Shown: positions 13,151-28,464, counted from the first letter of the stretch. The stretch: DNA of 64,000 nucleotides from Eledone cirrhosa (GCA_964016885.1 OZ024742.1:185814001-185878000), one strand, 5' to 3'. The notes: a model not told the origin generated them from the sequence alone. Numbers and translations: made by a program.

Positions 13151-14324
13151 TACTCATGCACAACTTATCTGGTAGAGATGTTTGAGTGTTGGGCATTTGT
13201 TTTGGTTCTTTGCACTCTCCACTTTGACTTACATACTTTCGAAGTTGATAAAGAAAGTATCTCTATAGGGATGGTGCAGCCATCTTTCCTTCCAATTATT
13301 ACATACTGGATGTTCGGCTAGATCAAAGGAGAAAGGATCGAATGGGTGTCTGTCTCTGGAATGGGCATATAATAACCTTAACGGAAGCATGGTACATACT
13401 ATGAAGTTATATTCGATTTTTCGTGACAGCCACAGTTGTCGTTTAGATTGTGATAGTGAATGAGACGAACAGACAATATACTTATGAATAAATGCATATC
13501 CTCGTTTCATTTATCCCAAGTGAATAACTAAACACTACTAACATGTTTTGTCTGTATTATGCAGTATCAGACAATGTGCTTAATAATTGAATTAATTAAC
13601 ACAGTAAAATGTCAGAAATAGTAGACCGCTGCACTAAATCTATTAGCGTTCTTTTTTTTACTTCCTTACTGGTGTCAATTATTGGACAGCGGCTATGCGG
13701 CTATGCGGCTATGCTTGGACACCAGCTTCTATATCGACCCGAGAACTTATTTCAGTTAGATACTTATGTTTATCTATATGTATTGAATCAGCGATTTACG
13801 TATTTGGCATATTGGAACGCGACCCAAAGTTCACACCACTAAATATAATACGACAAATACACACATACACACACACATATATATATATATAGAGAGAGAG
13901 AGAGAGGGGGGGGGGCGACGAGCTTCCGCACACTTTCTATTGCCTGAATTTCACTCAAAGGTATTAGTGAATCTCTTAAATGTCACCACTGTGATCGAGC
14001 TCAAAAAAACATGGAGAAAACTTATTAACCCCTTATCCATGGCTGCATATAGATGTATTTTAAATCAATCACACCCATTTTTTTACATCCAAATCCACCG
14101 GGGCTGCTAAAATAAGGATTACTGATTAGTAGACTGATAATAAAGGGCGTTCCAGCCTTGACTATCCCATCTTGCTTTCAGATATAGTATATCTAATACT
14201 ACATTATCCAGTAGTTCAAATAACTGGATTGTACTCCTTCACCACAGGGCTTTAATTTGTAAAATCAAATGTCCATTGAATGATTCCATTTCGTCACATG
14301 CTCTGATAAAATTAACTGATCAGT

Positions 14325-14670
14325 GAGGGTTTACACAATGTGGTATTTGACCAATGATGGTTCATACAAAATAGCATTTGATCAGCAAAGAGTATTCACA
14401 AAATAGTATTTGATCAGTGAAGGCTCACAGAAAAGAGTATTTGATCAGTGAGGGTTCACACAAAGAGTATTTGATCAGTTAAGGTCTACAGAAAAGATTA
14501 TTTGATCGGTGAAGGTGCACAGAAAATACTATTTGATCAACAAAGTCTTACACAAAATAGTATTCTATCAGCAAAGGTTTACACAAAATAGTATTTGATC
14601 GGTGAAGGTTCACAGAAAAGAGTATTTGATCAGTGAAGATCCACACGGAGTATTGAGTTAGTGAAGGTCT
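14325..14670. repeat. Degenerate ~31-bp tandem repeat
   Basis: Repeated AAA(T/G)AGTATTTGATCAGTGAAGGTTCACA(C/G)A. Confidence 0.8.
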
Positions 14671-14964
14671 ACAGAGGAGGTGGGGAGTAGGGTATGGTGG
14701 TGGAAGAGGAGGAACGCTTGAGTGGAAATAACACGTGACCTGCTGGTTTGGAGAAGTTGTAGTAACGGTAGAAACAAAGATGCAGAAGGAAGGAGTCAAC
14801 AGGCTTAGGGTTGTGTTGATGATGAACAACTTCAATACAATCGGTGGAGCAACTTTCTTTCGATGTGCTTTACAGTGTATATACTGGTGTCAGCCGAAGG
14901 AGAAAGAAACAACGTGTGTTGTGTGTGTTGGACCTCCGTCGGTTACGATACGAGTGTTCCAGTT

Positions 14965-15220
14965 GTTTAAACAGCCTGCTCGTTCGTAAAATTAGCGTAC
15001 TAGTGGCTGGGAATTCCACTAACACGTACACCATTAATGTAGTTCTCGGGGAGATTCAACGTGACACTGAATGTGACAATATTGGTCACCTTAAATTACA
15101 GGAACAATGCATTTTTACCAACTGAGGAGATTAGAGCAAGGGCTCAAAACACCACCAGAAATCGAACTCAAGACTTTACGATCGTGAGCTAAACTTCCTA
15201 ACCACCAAGCCACATGCTTT
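14965..15220 (-). mobile_element. tRNA-derived SINE (same head type as 42899-43170)
   Basis: Minus strand begins gcatgtggcttggtggttagg...gagttcgatttc (A/B-box-like). Confidence 0.55.
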
Positions 15221-15244
15221 CACAATAAATTAATGGCTTCTGAA

Positions 15245-15445
15245 TTAGGCACAAGGCCAACAATTTTGGGTGAGGAGAAAGTCAATTAAATCGACATTAG
15301 CGCGTTACTAGTACTGTATTTTATCGATCCCGTAAGGATGAAAGGCAAAGATAACCTCGGCGGGATTTGAACTCAGAACGTAAAGGACTGTAACTCTATG
15401 CTGCGAAGCATCGTGTCCCACACTCTACAGATACTGCCAATCAAC
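15245..15445 (-). mobile_element. Major tRNA-derived SINE
   Basis: Reverse complement of ctgagttcaaatcccgccgaggtt..tttgcctttcatccttacgg..tcgataaaata..gtac...ggccttgtgcc. Confidence 0.85.
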
Positions 15446-15825
15446 AGCTTTTTGTGTATAAGACTGTTGCTGTTTCGGTTTATTGCCGATCGCCTGATCA
15501 AGATCAGAGATCAATGAAACAGTTCCCAGGACACACCACGAGAAGGTCGACAACTTGGACCCCAAATATGAATGAATCGATAACTTTCAAACTCTCGTTA
15601 TTATAAAACAACAAGAGAAGATATAAGAAGTTTACCTTTTGGACAAAATTCAACTCCCAACTTTCAATGTGTATGTATGTTTGTTTATATGTGTGCCGGT
15701 GCGCAAATGTGTGTGCGTGTATGTATATGTGTGATTGTGTCTGAGTCGGTGTGTGTGTGTGTCTCTGCATGTGTGTGTATGTATTTATCTGTATGGGTAT
15801 TGTGCGTGTATATGTACGTGTTCGA

Positions 15826-15873
<48 letters not shown>

Positions 15874-15994
15874 AAAGAATGAAGAATAACATGGTCGGCG
15901 GTACAAAAGGGTTTATTTACAGTATTTACAATTGTTTCTTTAATCAGGTGAGTCTAAAAGTCGCTGATCGTTACCTTAAACGATACCTTGTTGT

Positions 15995-16067
<73 letters not shown>

Positions 16068-16214
16068 GTGTGTGTGTGTGTGTAGATAAATCTACCAAAA
16101 ATTTACGGTAGTGTTCAATCCGTATGAAGAACTCAATGTAATCCGGATATCATGAAAAGAGAAGATGCATTCAAAAACTATTTTCGGTGAAAATTAACGG
16201 AAAACAGAGTCAAG

Positions 16215-16653
16215 ATAAATTAATAAAACAATGAATAAACAAAGAAACTGTTCCTTATATTAAAAAAAATTCATCATTTTACGATCGTTTCTAGGATATA
16301 TATGTGTTAGAGTTGGTATGCATATTCTATAGATCTATGTACAATATTTATACAAACTATCAGAGGGAATATACATACCTACACATATATATGCTGTCTT
16401 CAGAAATAATGATATTTGTTTATTGAATCTTTGTTTTTTTTCAATAAACAAATATCATTATTTCTGAAGACAGCATATATATGTGTAGGTATGTATATTC
16501 CCTCTGATAGTTTGTATAAATATTGTACATAGATCTATAGAATATGCATACCAACTCTAACACATATATATATCCTAGAAACGATCGTAAAATGATGAAT
16601 TTTTTTAATATAAGGAACTGTTTCTTTGTTTATTCATTGTTTTATTAATTTAT
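16215..16653. repeat. Fold-back palindrome (~213-bp arms, 12-bp spacer) carrying hammerhead folds
   Basis: 16215-16427 is the reverse complement of 16440-16653; followed by (TA)n. Confidence 0.92.
16455..16598 (+). ncRNA. Type I hammerhead candidate with very long stem II (mirror copy 16271-16412, minus)
   Basis: Stem I UCAUUAUUU/AAAUGAUGA, core CUGAAGA 16464-16470, GAAAC-GAUC-GUA 16578-16589. Confidence 0.65.
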
Positions 16654-16954
16654 ATATATATATATATATGAATGTATGTGTATGTGCGTCTGTGTGTGTA
16701 TATGTGTGTGTATGTACATGTGTATCTGTGTATATGTATGAGTTTGTGCACATGTGTGTGTGCTCATGTCTATGTATGTGTGCATGTGCATGTGTGTGTA
16801 TGTGTGTTAATGAAGACACGACTCTACTTCAATTTTTAGTTATTGACTTAAGAAGACGTCATGAGACTTCGTTGGTGGTTTAAGCTAGAAAGAAAGAAAT
16901 GCAAAGAAAGGACGAAAGTCGTGAAAGAATATAGAAAGGGAAAAAAATAGCAAT

Positions 16955-18346
<1,392 letters not shown>

Positions 18347-18397
18347 GTCAGGAAATTGCCTTCAGATATAGACATAAGACAAACCATTCAAATTAGT

Positions 18398-18398
18398 T

Positions 18399-18448
<50 letters not shown>

Positions 18449-19125
18449 TCACGTGGTGTGTGTGTGGGTTTCTGAGTGCATGTACCTTTTTCTGCATATG
18501 TGTGCACGTGCAGGTGTAAATATATTCACGTGTGAGTGTTTGTATATATGTGTATGCGTGTGTATGTCTGTACGTGTGTGTATGTTCACGTGTTTGTATT
18601 TGTATGTGCGTGTGCTTGCCTGTATATCAGTGTGCTTGTGTCTGTGTGTGTGTGAGTATAAGTAATTGCCTGTATACATGTGTGCATGTACGGTGTGTGC
18701 GTGCGTGTATGTGTGCGTGTGTGATTGTATGTGTATGTATGCATGTATATATGTGTATGTCTGTGTTTGTATCTGTGTGTATCTGTATAAGAAATTACCT
18801 ATGCATGCGTATGTGTTTGTGTGTGGATGTGTGTGTACGTGTGTGTACGTGTGTGTGTGTGCGTGTGTGTGTGCGTTTGTGTGTGTGTTCATGTGCGTGT
18901 GTGCGTATGTGTGTGCATGTATGTGTGCATGTGTGTGTGTGCGTTTGTGTTTGTGTGCGTGTGTACATGTGTGTGTGCATGTATGTGTGCTTGTATGTGT
19001 GCATGTGTGTGTGTGCGTTTGTGTTTGTGTGCGTGTGTACATCTGTGTGTGCATGTATGTGTGCTTGTATGTGTGCATGTGTGTGTGCATGTGTGTGTGT
19101 GTGTGTGTGTGTATGTGAGTATGTG
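18398..19125. repeat. Degenerate (GT)n-derived repeat
   Basis: Direct observation. Confidence 0.9.
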
Positions 19126-19267
19126 TCAATGTCATTACTTCTCTATAAATCTGATATTCAGACGAAATAAATGAAGAGACATTTTCTCCCCTTCTTCATT
19201 TCTCTTCAATTACTGAGCAGCACTCTGTTAAGTTGTTGTATGTTTTATATTGCTTTGTTCAATACCT

Positions 19268-21130
19268 TTGTTGTGTGGCTGTTGTGTGACTGTTGTGTGG
19301 CTGTTGTGTGGCTGTTGTGGGGCTGTCGTGTGGCTGTTGTGGGGCTGTTGTGGGGCTGTGTGGGACTCTCGTGTGGCTGTCGTGGGGCTGTTGTGTGGCT
19401 GTTGTGTGGCTGTCGTGTGGCTGTTGTGGGGCTGTGTGGGACTGTGTGGGATTGTTGTGTGGCTGTCGTGTGGCTGTTGTGGGGCTGTTGTGGGGCTGTG
19501 TGGGGCTGTTGTGGGGCTGTTGTGGGGCTGTGTGGGACTGTCGTGTGGCTGTCATGGGGCTGTTGTGGGGCTGTGTGGGATTGTTGTGTGGCTGTCGTGT
19601 GGCTGTTGTGGGGCTGTTGTCGGGCTGTGTGGGGCTGTTGTGGGGCTGTTGTGGGCTGTGTGGGACTCTCGTGTGGCTGTCGTGGGGCTGTTGTGGGCTG
19701 TGTGGGATTGTTGTGTGGCTGTCGTGTGGCTGTTGTGGGGCTGTTGTGGGGCTGTGTGGGGCTGTTGTGGGGCTGTTGTGGGGCTGTGTGGGACTGTCGT
19801 GTGGCTGTTGTGGGGCTGTTGTGGGGCTGTGTGGGATTGTTGTGTGGCTGTCGTGTGGCTGTTGTGGGGCTGTTGTCGGGCTGTGTGGGGCTGTTGTGGG
19901 GCTGTTGTGGGCTGTGTGGGACTCTCGTGTGGCTGTCGTGGGGCTGTTGTGGGGCTGTGTGGGGCTGTGTGGGGCTGTTGTGTGGCTGTTGTGGGGCTGT
20001 TGTGGGACTGTCGTATGGCTGTTGTGGGGCTGTTGTGGGACTGTCATGGGCCTGTCATCTGACTGTTGTGGTTCTGTATGGGGCTGTTGTGGTGCTGTTG
20101 TGTGACTGTTGTGTGGCTGTTGTGGGGCTGTTGTGGGACTGTCGTGTGGCTGTTGTGGTGCTGTTGTGTGACTGTTGTGTGGCTGTTGTGGGGCTGTTGT
20201 GGGACTGTCGTGTGGCTGTTGTGGGGCTGTTGTGGGGCTGTTGTGGCGCTGTTGTGGGACTGTCATGGGCCTGTCATTTGACTGTTGTGTGGCTGTTGTG
20301 GGGCTGTTGTGGGACTGTCGTGTGGCTGTTGTGGGGCTGTTGTGGGGCTGTTGTGGCGCTGTTGTGGGACTGTCATGGGCCTGTCATCTGACTGTTGTGT
20401 GGCTGTTGTGGGGCTGTTGTGGGACTGTCGTGTGGCTGTTGTGGGGCTGTTGTGGGGCTGTTGTGGTGCTGTTGTGGGACTGTCATGGGCCTGTCATCTG
20501 ACTGTTGTGTGGCTGTTGTGTGGATGTTGTGTGGCTGTCGTGGGACTGTTGTGTAGCTGTCCTTTGGCGTTCGTGTGGCTGTTGTGGGGCTGACGTGGGT
20601 TGTTGTGTGGCTGCTGTGGGGCTGTTGTGTGGCTGTTGTGTGGCTGTTGTGAGACTGTTGTGGGGCTGTTGTGGGGCTGTTGTGGGGCTGTTGTGTAGCT
20701 GTCGTGTGGCTGTTATGTGACTGTTGTAGGACTGCTGTGTTGCTGTCGTGTGGCTGTTGTGTTGCTATCGTATGGCTATCACGTAGCTGTAGTGTGGCTG
20801 TTGTACGGCTGTCATGGGGCTGTCATCTATCAGTCGTGTGCCAGCTGTGTGGCTGTTCTATTGCTGATACGTGTACGACTGTTGCGTGGCTGTCGTGTGG
20901 CCGTTGTGTGGCTGTTGTGTGGTTGATGCATGTGTGGCTGTCGTGTGGCCACTGTCGCTTGTTTCGTTGCTGTATCTGTCATGTGACTTATGTGGATGTT
21001 GTGTGGCTGATGCATATATTGCTGTTGTTTCTATTGTGTAGCTGTCGTGTGGCTGTAGTTTGGCTGTTGTGTGGCTGTTGTGTGGCTGTCGTGTGGCTGG
21101 TGTGTTGTTGTGGTGTGGCTGATGTGTTGC
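19268..21130. repeat. G-rich ~11-bp minisatellite
   Basis: Unit GGCTGTTGTG(G/T) with higher-order blocks; decays rightwards. Confidence 0.92.
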
Positions 21131-21139
21131 TGCTCCTTC

Positions 21140-24100
21140 TGTCCTGTGACTACTCCTGTTGTGTGACTGATCCCTCTATTGTGTGACTACTCCTGTTGTG
21201 TGACTGATCCCTCTATTGTGTGACTACTCCTGTTGTGTGACCGCTCCCTCTATTGTGTGACTACTCCTGTTGTGTGACTGATCCCTCTATTGTGTGACTA
21301 CTCCTGTTGTGTGACCCTTTCCTCTATTGTGTGACTACTCCTGTTGTGTGACTGATCCCTCTATTGTGTGACTACTCCTGTTGTGTGACCCTTTCCTCTA
21401 TTGTGTGACTACTCCTGTTGTGTGACTGATCCCTCTATTGTGTGACTACTCCTGTTGTGTGACTGATCCCTCTATTGTGTGACTACTCTAGTTGTGTGAC
21501 TGATCCCTCTATTGTGTGACTACTCCTGTTGTGTGACCCTTTCCTCTATTGTGTGACTACTCCTGTTGTGTGTCCGTTCCCTCCCCTCTATTGTGTGACC
21601 GTTTCCTCTATTGTGTGACAACTCCTGTTGTGTGACCCTTTCCTCTATTGTGTGACTACTCCTGTTGTGTGACTGATCCCTCTATTGTGTGACTACTCCT
21701 GTTGTGTGACCGTTCCCTCCCCTCTATTGTGTGACTACTCCTGTTGTGTGACCGTTTCCTCTATTGTGTGACTACTCCTGTTGTGTGACTGATCCCTCTA
21801 TTGTGTGACTACGCCTGTTGTGTGACCGCTCCCTCTATTGCGTGACTACTCCTGTTGTGTGACCGCTCCCTCTATTATGTGACTACTCTTGTTGTGTGAC
21901 CGTTTCCTCTATTGTGTGACTACTCCTGTTGTGTGACCGCTCCCTCTATTATGTGACTACTCCTGTTGTGTGACCGTTCCCTCTATTGTGTGACTACTCC
22001 TGTTGTGTGACCATTCCCTCTATTGTGTGACTACTCCTGTTGTGTGACTGATCACTCTATTGTGTGACTACTCCTGTTGTGTGACCGTTCCCTCTATTGT
22101 GTGACTACTCCTGTTGTGTGACCGTTCCCTCTATTGTGTGACTACTCCTGTTGTGTGACCGTTCCCTCCCCTCTATTGTGTGACTACTCCTGTTGTGTGA
22201 CTGATCCCTCTATTGTGTGACTACTCCTGTTGTGTGAACGTTCCCTCTATTGTGTGACTTCTCCTGTTGTGTGACCGTTTCCTCTATTGTGTGACTACTC
22301 CTGTTGTGTGACCGTTCCCTCCCCTCTATTGTGTGACTGCTCCTGTTGTGTGACTGATCCCTCTATTGTGTGACTACTCCTGTTGTGTGAACGTTCCCTC
22401 TATTGTGTGACTTCTCCTGTTGTGTGACCGTTTCCTCTATTGTGTGACTACTCCTGTTGTGTGAACGTTCCCTCTATTGTGTGACTTCTCCTGTTGTGTG
22501 ACCGTTCCCTCTATTGTGTGACTTCTCCTGTTGTGTGACCGTTTCCTCTATTGTGTGACTACTCCTGTTGTGTGACTGATCCCTCTATTGTGTGACTACT
22601 CCTGTTGTGTGACCGTTCCCTCTATTGTGTGACTACTCCTGTTGTATGACCGTTCCCTCTATTGTGTGACTACTCCTGTTGTATGACCGTTCCCTCTATT
22701 GTGTGACTACTCCTGTTGTGTGACCGTTCCCTCCCCTCTATTGTGTGACTGCTCCTGTTGTGTGACTGATCCCTCTATTGTGTGACTACTCCTGTTGTGT
22801 GAACGTTCCCTCTATTGTGTGACTTCTCCTGTTGTGTGACCGTTTCCTCTATTGTGTGACTACTCCTGTTGTGTGAACGTTCCCTCTATTGTGTGACTTC
22901 TCCTGTTGTGTGACCGTTCCCTCTATTGTGTGACTTCTCCTGTTGTGTGACCGTTTCCTCTATTGTGTGACTACTCCTGTTGTGTGACTGATCCCTCTAT
23001 TGTGTGACTACTCCTGTTGTGTGACCGTTCCCTCTATTGTGTGACTACTCCTGTTGTGTGACTGATCCCTCTATTGTGTGACTACTCCTGTTGTGTGACC
23101 TCTCCCTCTATTGTGTGACTACTCTTGTTGTGTGACTGATCCCTCTATTGTGTGACTACTCCTGTTGTGTGACCGTTCCCTCTATTGTGTGACTGCTCCT
23201 GTTGTGTGACTGATCCCTCTATTGTGTGACTACTCCTGTTGTGTGACCGTTCCCTCTATTGTGTGACTGCTCCTGTTGTGTGACTGATCCCTCTATTGTG
23301 TGACTACTCCTGTTGTGTGACTGTTCCCTCTATTGTGTGACTACTCCTGTTGTGTGACTGATCCCTCTATTGTGTGACTACTCCTGTTGTGTGACCGTTC
23401 CCTCTATTGTGTGACTACTCCTGTTGTGTGACCGTTCCCTCCCCTCTATTGTGTGACTACTCCTGTTGTGTGACTGATCCCTCTATTGTGTGACTACTCC
23501 TGTTGTGTGAACGTTCCCTCTATTGTGTGACTACTCCTGTTGTGTGACCGTTTCCTCTATTGTGTGACTACTCCTGTTGTATGACCGTTCCCTCTATTGT
23601 GTGACTACTCATGTTGTGTGACCGTTCCCTCTATTGTGTGACTACTCCTGTTGTGTGACCGTTCCCTCTATTGTGTGACTACTCCTGTTGTATGACCGTT
23701 CCCTCTATTGTGTGACTACTCATGTTGTGTGACCGTTCCCTCTATTGTGTGACTACTCCTGTTGTGTGACTGATCCCTCTATTGTGTGACTACTCCTGTT
23801 GTGTGACCTCTCCCTCTATTGTGTGACTACTCTTGTTGTGTGACTGATCCCTCTATTGTGTGACTACTCCTGTTGTGTGACCGTTCCCTCTATTGTGTGA
23901 CTGCTCCTGTTGTGTGACTGATCCCTCTATTGTGTGACTACTCCTGTTGTGTGACTGTTCCCTCTATTGTGTGACTGCTCCTGTTGTGTGACTGATCCCT
24001 CTATTGTGTGACTACTCCTGTTGTGTGACCGTTCCCTCTATTGTGTGACTACTCCTGTTGTGTGACTGATCCCTCTATTGTGTGACTACTCCTGTTGTGT

Positions 24101-24320
24101 GTCCGTTCCCTCTATTGTGTGACTACTCCTGTTGTGTGACCGTTCCCTCCCCTCTATTGTGTGACTACTCTTGTTGTGTAACCGTTTCCTCTATTGTGTG
24201 ACTACTCCTGTTGTGTGACCGTTCCCTCTATTGTGTGACTGCTCCTGTTGTGTGACTGATCCTTCTATTGTGTGACTACTCCTGTTGTGTGACTGATCCC
24301 TCTATTGTGTGACTGCTCCT
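21140..24320. repeat. 37-bp minisatellite (~85 copies)
   Basis: Unit CTATTGTGTGACTACTCCTGTTGTGTGAC(TGAT/CGTT)CCCT; a dimer of two TTGTGTGAC subunits. Confidence 0.95.
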
Positions 24321-24696
24321 TCTCTAGCTTCTGTTATGTGTCTGTGCCTACTATTGCATCTGTTGTGTGGCTGGTCTTTCTATTGGTTCTCTGTATTCTG
24401 TTGTATGGCTCTATGTTCAGTAATTTAGCTGTTGGACAAAAGAGATCTATAAAATAAGCACGAGACTTGAAAAACAATATGTCCTGGTGTCAATATGACC
24501 GACATCTTCATATGATATCTCTTCAAGGCGGTGCCCAAATATGGCTGTTGTCTAATGGCTAAAACGAGTAAGGAGTACAAAAAAAGAGAGAGGTGTAGAA
24601 AAAGTGTTGTTGTTGTTGTTCTTCTTCTTCTTTTTCTTGTTTTTGTTGTTTTAAATAGAGAATAAGAAAAGGAGTGGGAAATGAGGGGAGGAGCAG

Positions 24697-24943
24697 ACGA
24701 AGAAGAAGAAGAAGAAGAAGAAGAAGAAGAAGAAGAAGAAGAAGAAGAAGAAGAAGAAGAAGAAGAAGAAGAAGAAGAAGAAGAAGAAGAAGAAGAAGAA
24801 GAAGAAGAAGAAGAAGAAGAAGAAGAAGATTTCAGTGAATGGAGGGACAGCGCCCATTACAGTTTTTGCAGGATCACTTGAAAGGTAGAGAAAGGGAGAA
24901 AAAGAAAGAGAAAGAGGAAAAACGAGAAATAAATAAATAAATA

Positions 24944-24991
<48 letters not shown>

Positions 24992-25290
24992 AATGGGAAA
25001 GAGAATGAGGACGAAGGAAAAAGAAAGAGAGAGAAGAAAGGGGATGATAAAACAGAAAGAGAAGGAGAGAGTAAAGGATGGAAAGGAAATGAGGGAGAAG
25101 AAACAAGAAAGAAAACGAAAGAGAGATAGAAAGAAAAGGGGGTAGTAAGAAAGTGAAAGGAAGAGAAAAAAAAGAAGGTAAAGGAAAGAAAAAACTAAAG
25201 AGAGAAGTGAAATAAAGACAATAAAAGAAGAGAGAGAAAGACAGAGGAGGAAAGAGGACAAAGAAAGAAAGAAAAAAGAACGATGTGAAA
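24697..25290. repeat. (GAA)n tract followed by purine-rich low complexity
   Basis: (GAA)n at 24699-24828, (GAAA)n at ~24945-24992. Confidence 0.9.
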
Positions 25291-25562
25291 AAAAGAGTAG
25301 AATTCCATCTGTAACAATGATAATAGTAAAATAACTTTAAATATTGGAACTACTAATAAATGAGATCGATAACCTAATATGGAAATGGAGTAATTGGGTG
25401 GGGGTGCCATTATTTGATATTGAATACAAACAACGACTGTTAACCAGTCTAACCAGTTGGAATATTTATATACAATATAATACAATTGTATTGATCATTA
25501 CAATCTAGTCCGACCGGCTTTATACTGGAGTCTGCTGAATACACAGTCGCCATTAAATCATT

Positions 25563-27172
25563 ATTATTACTATTACTATTACCATAGTGTTACGACCCTT
25601 TACGGTCTGAGTTCAAATCCCGCCGAGGTTAACTTTGCCTTTCATCCTTACGAGGTCGATAAAATAAAGTACCAGTAATGTACTGCGTAATTGCTGGTCT
25701 TGTGCCAATAGTAGAAACAATTATTATTACTATTACTATTACCATAGTGTTACGACCCTTTACGGTCTGAGTTCAAATCCTGCCGAGGTTAACTTTGCCT
25801 TCATCCTTACAGGGTCGATAAAATAAAGTACCAGTAATGCATTGGAGTATTTGCTGGCCTTGTGCCAAAAGTAGAAACAATTATTACTATTACCTACAGC
25901 GTATTGGCGGTATCGGTAGCGCGTCGGACAACATGCTTTGCAACATAGAGTTACGGGCCTTTACCATCTCAGTTCAAATCCCATCGAGTTTAGCTTTGCC
26001 TTTCATCCTTACGGGGTCGATAAAATAAAGCACCAGTAATACACTGGGGTTTATTTAATAGACCTTGTGCCTAAAAGTAGAAACAATTATTACTATTATC
26101 TACAATAAAGTACCAGTAATGCACTGGGTAATTGCTGGCCTTGTGCCTAAAATAGAAACAACTATTATCTACATTAAGGCTAGTGAATTTGGCAATATCG
26201 TTATGGCGTCGGACAAAATGCTTCGCAGTATTTAGTTACGACTTTCTATGTTCTGAGTTCAAATCCCACCGAGGTTAACTTTGCCTTTCATCCTTACGGG
26301 GTCGATAAAATAAAGCACCAGTAATGCATTGGGGTCGATTTAATTGGCTCCCCCTCCCCAAAAAATTGCTGGCCTTGTGCCTATATAAGAAACCATTATT
26401 TAAGGGCGGTGGATTGGCAGTATCGGTAGTGGGCCGGACGCCATGCTTTGCAGCATAGAGTTACGGCCCTTTATGATCTGAGTTCAAATCCCGCCGAAGA
26501 ACACTGCCATCCACGCCACTCCCGAATCCCCGGTGACGGGTTTCTGATAAGCATTCATTTAGTCTCGCTATGGATATTTTACCTTGTGATCATATCTCAG
26601 CTACTTCAGTATCCGCAAAAAATCGCTATAATATGATCACAACTTATAATATTTGCAACGAGACTTATGTGTATAGTGTTATACATAAACATATTGTATA
26701 TGAGTCGATATAAACTTTTATTCTGAAACACGCTGTGTTTGTTCTAATAAATACTTGTTTCTACTTTAGGCACAAGGCCAGCAATTACCCAGTGCATTAC
26801 TGGTACTTTATTTTATCGACCCCGTAAGGATGAAAGGCAAAGTCAACCTCGGCGGGATTTGAACTCAGATCGTAAAGGGACGTAACTATGCTTGAAAGCA
26901 GGGACGTAACTATGCTTGAAAGCAGTGCTAATAAATACTGAATGATCGACAATGTTTCCTTGCATTAATATTGTTTTCAGATGGGCGGTGAATTGGCAGT
27001 ATCAGTAGAGGGTTGGACGCCATGCTTTCTAGCATAGTTACGTCCCTTTACGGTTTGAGTTCAAATCCCGCCGAGGTTAACTTTGCCTTTCATCCTTACG
27101 GGGTCGATAAAATAAAGTACCAGTAATGTACTGGTTGATTGCTGGCCTTGTGCCTAAAGTAGAAACAATTAA
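25563..27172. mobile_element. Cluster of ~8 full or partial copies of the major tRNA-derived SINE
   Basis: Plus-strand copies at ~25590, 25748, 25900, 26105, 26178, 26403, 26984; minus copy ~26755-26900; B-box-like GAGTTCAAATCC and conserved gcctttcatccttacggggtcgataaaataaagtaccag core. Confidence 0.88.
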
Positions 27173-27303
27173 TATAGTTTTCATTTTATTTCTGATCATG
27201 GGACAGATTCAGGTATGAAATCGACCCGTAGGGTGTTATTGGATCACCACCAAAACAAATATCATCTTACTCCAGGTTACTGTGACCAAATAGGTGGGGT
27301 ATG

Positions 27304-27846
27304 AACTTACTATCAACTTACATCTCATGATATTATCAACTTACTATCAACTTACATCTCATGATATTATCAACTTACTATCAACTTACATCTCATGATA
27401 TTATCAACTTACTATCAACTTACATCTCATATTATCAACTTACTATCAACTTACATCTCATGATATTATCAACTTACTATCAACTTACATCTCATGATAT
27501 TATCAACTTACTATCAACTTACATCTCATGATATTATCAACTTACTATCAACTTACATCTCATGATATTATCAACTTACTATCAACTTACATCTCATGAT
27601 ATTATCAACTTACTATCAACTTACATCTCATGATATTATCAACTTACTATCAACTTACATCTCATGATATTATCAACTTACTATCAACTTACATCTCATG
27701 ATATTATCAACTTACTATCAACTTACATCTCATGATATTATCAACTTACTATCAACTTACATCTCATGATATTATCAACTTACTATCAACTTACATCTCA
27801 TGATATTATCAACTTACTATCAACTTACATCTCATGATATTATCAA
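27304..27846. repeat. 34-bp minisatellite (16 near-identical copies)
   Basis: Unit AACTTACTATCAACTTACATCTCATGATATTATC. Confidence 0.95.
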
Positions 27847-27966
27847 GACATTGAGGAGGTCGATAGACTGGCAATGTCATGAGAACATCAGACAAATGTG
27901 AAGCAGTATTTTTCCAGCTCTTTCCGTTCAAATCCAGTGAAGTCACATTTGGTTTTCATCTTTTTG

Positions 27967-28050
<84 letters not shown>

Positions 28051-28055
<5 letters not shown>

Positions 28056-28220
28056 AATAACACAATATAATTATTCCATTACCCAAGGTTTCACGAAGTT
28101 AGACGATCCTTGGGTAATGGAATAATTATATTGTGTTGTTTATTACATAATTAAATAGCTCTGTACTATACATAGAGCACTCTTCTTTCCTTTAACTTGG
28201 CCACGGAAATATTTAATATA
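28051..28220. repeat. Short fold-back element between (GT)n and (TA)n
   Basis: taataaataacacaatataattattccattacccaagg...ccttgggtaatggaataattatattgtgttgtttatta. Confidence 0.8.
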
Positions 28221-28432
28221 TATATATGTACATATATATAGAAATTTGATTCATGTAATTTCTATATTACTGCTCTGTAGAACAACTGATGTTATTACAT
28301 TGAGCTATTTATCTTACTGGTAATAAAGTAGTAATAAATTACTGTCTTTCACTGTTTAGGGTTTAAAATATATATAACTATAAAAGGTTTTAGTATATAT
28401 ATAACCATAAATAGTATCCTTAATACTATATG

Positions 28433-28464
<32 letters not shown>

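Noticed and set aside
26984-27075. tRNA gene
   Set aside because: A/B-box-like head of a multi-copy SINE with no cloverleaf
28265-28336. TATTACTGCT-CTGTAGA...AGTAGTAATA hammerhead-like frame
   Set aside because: A stem is present but the core is mutated and GAAA is absent
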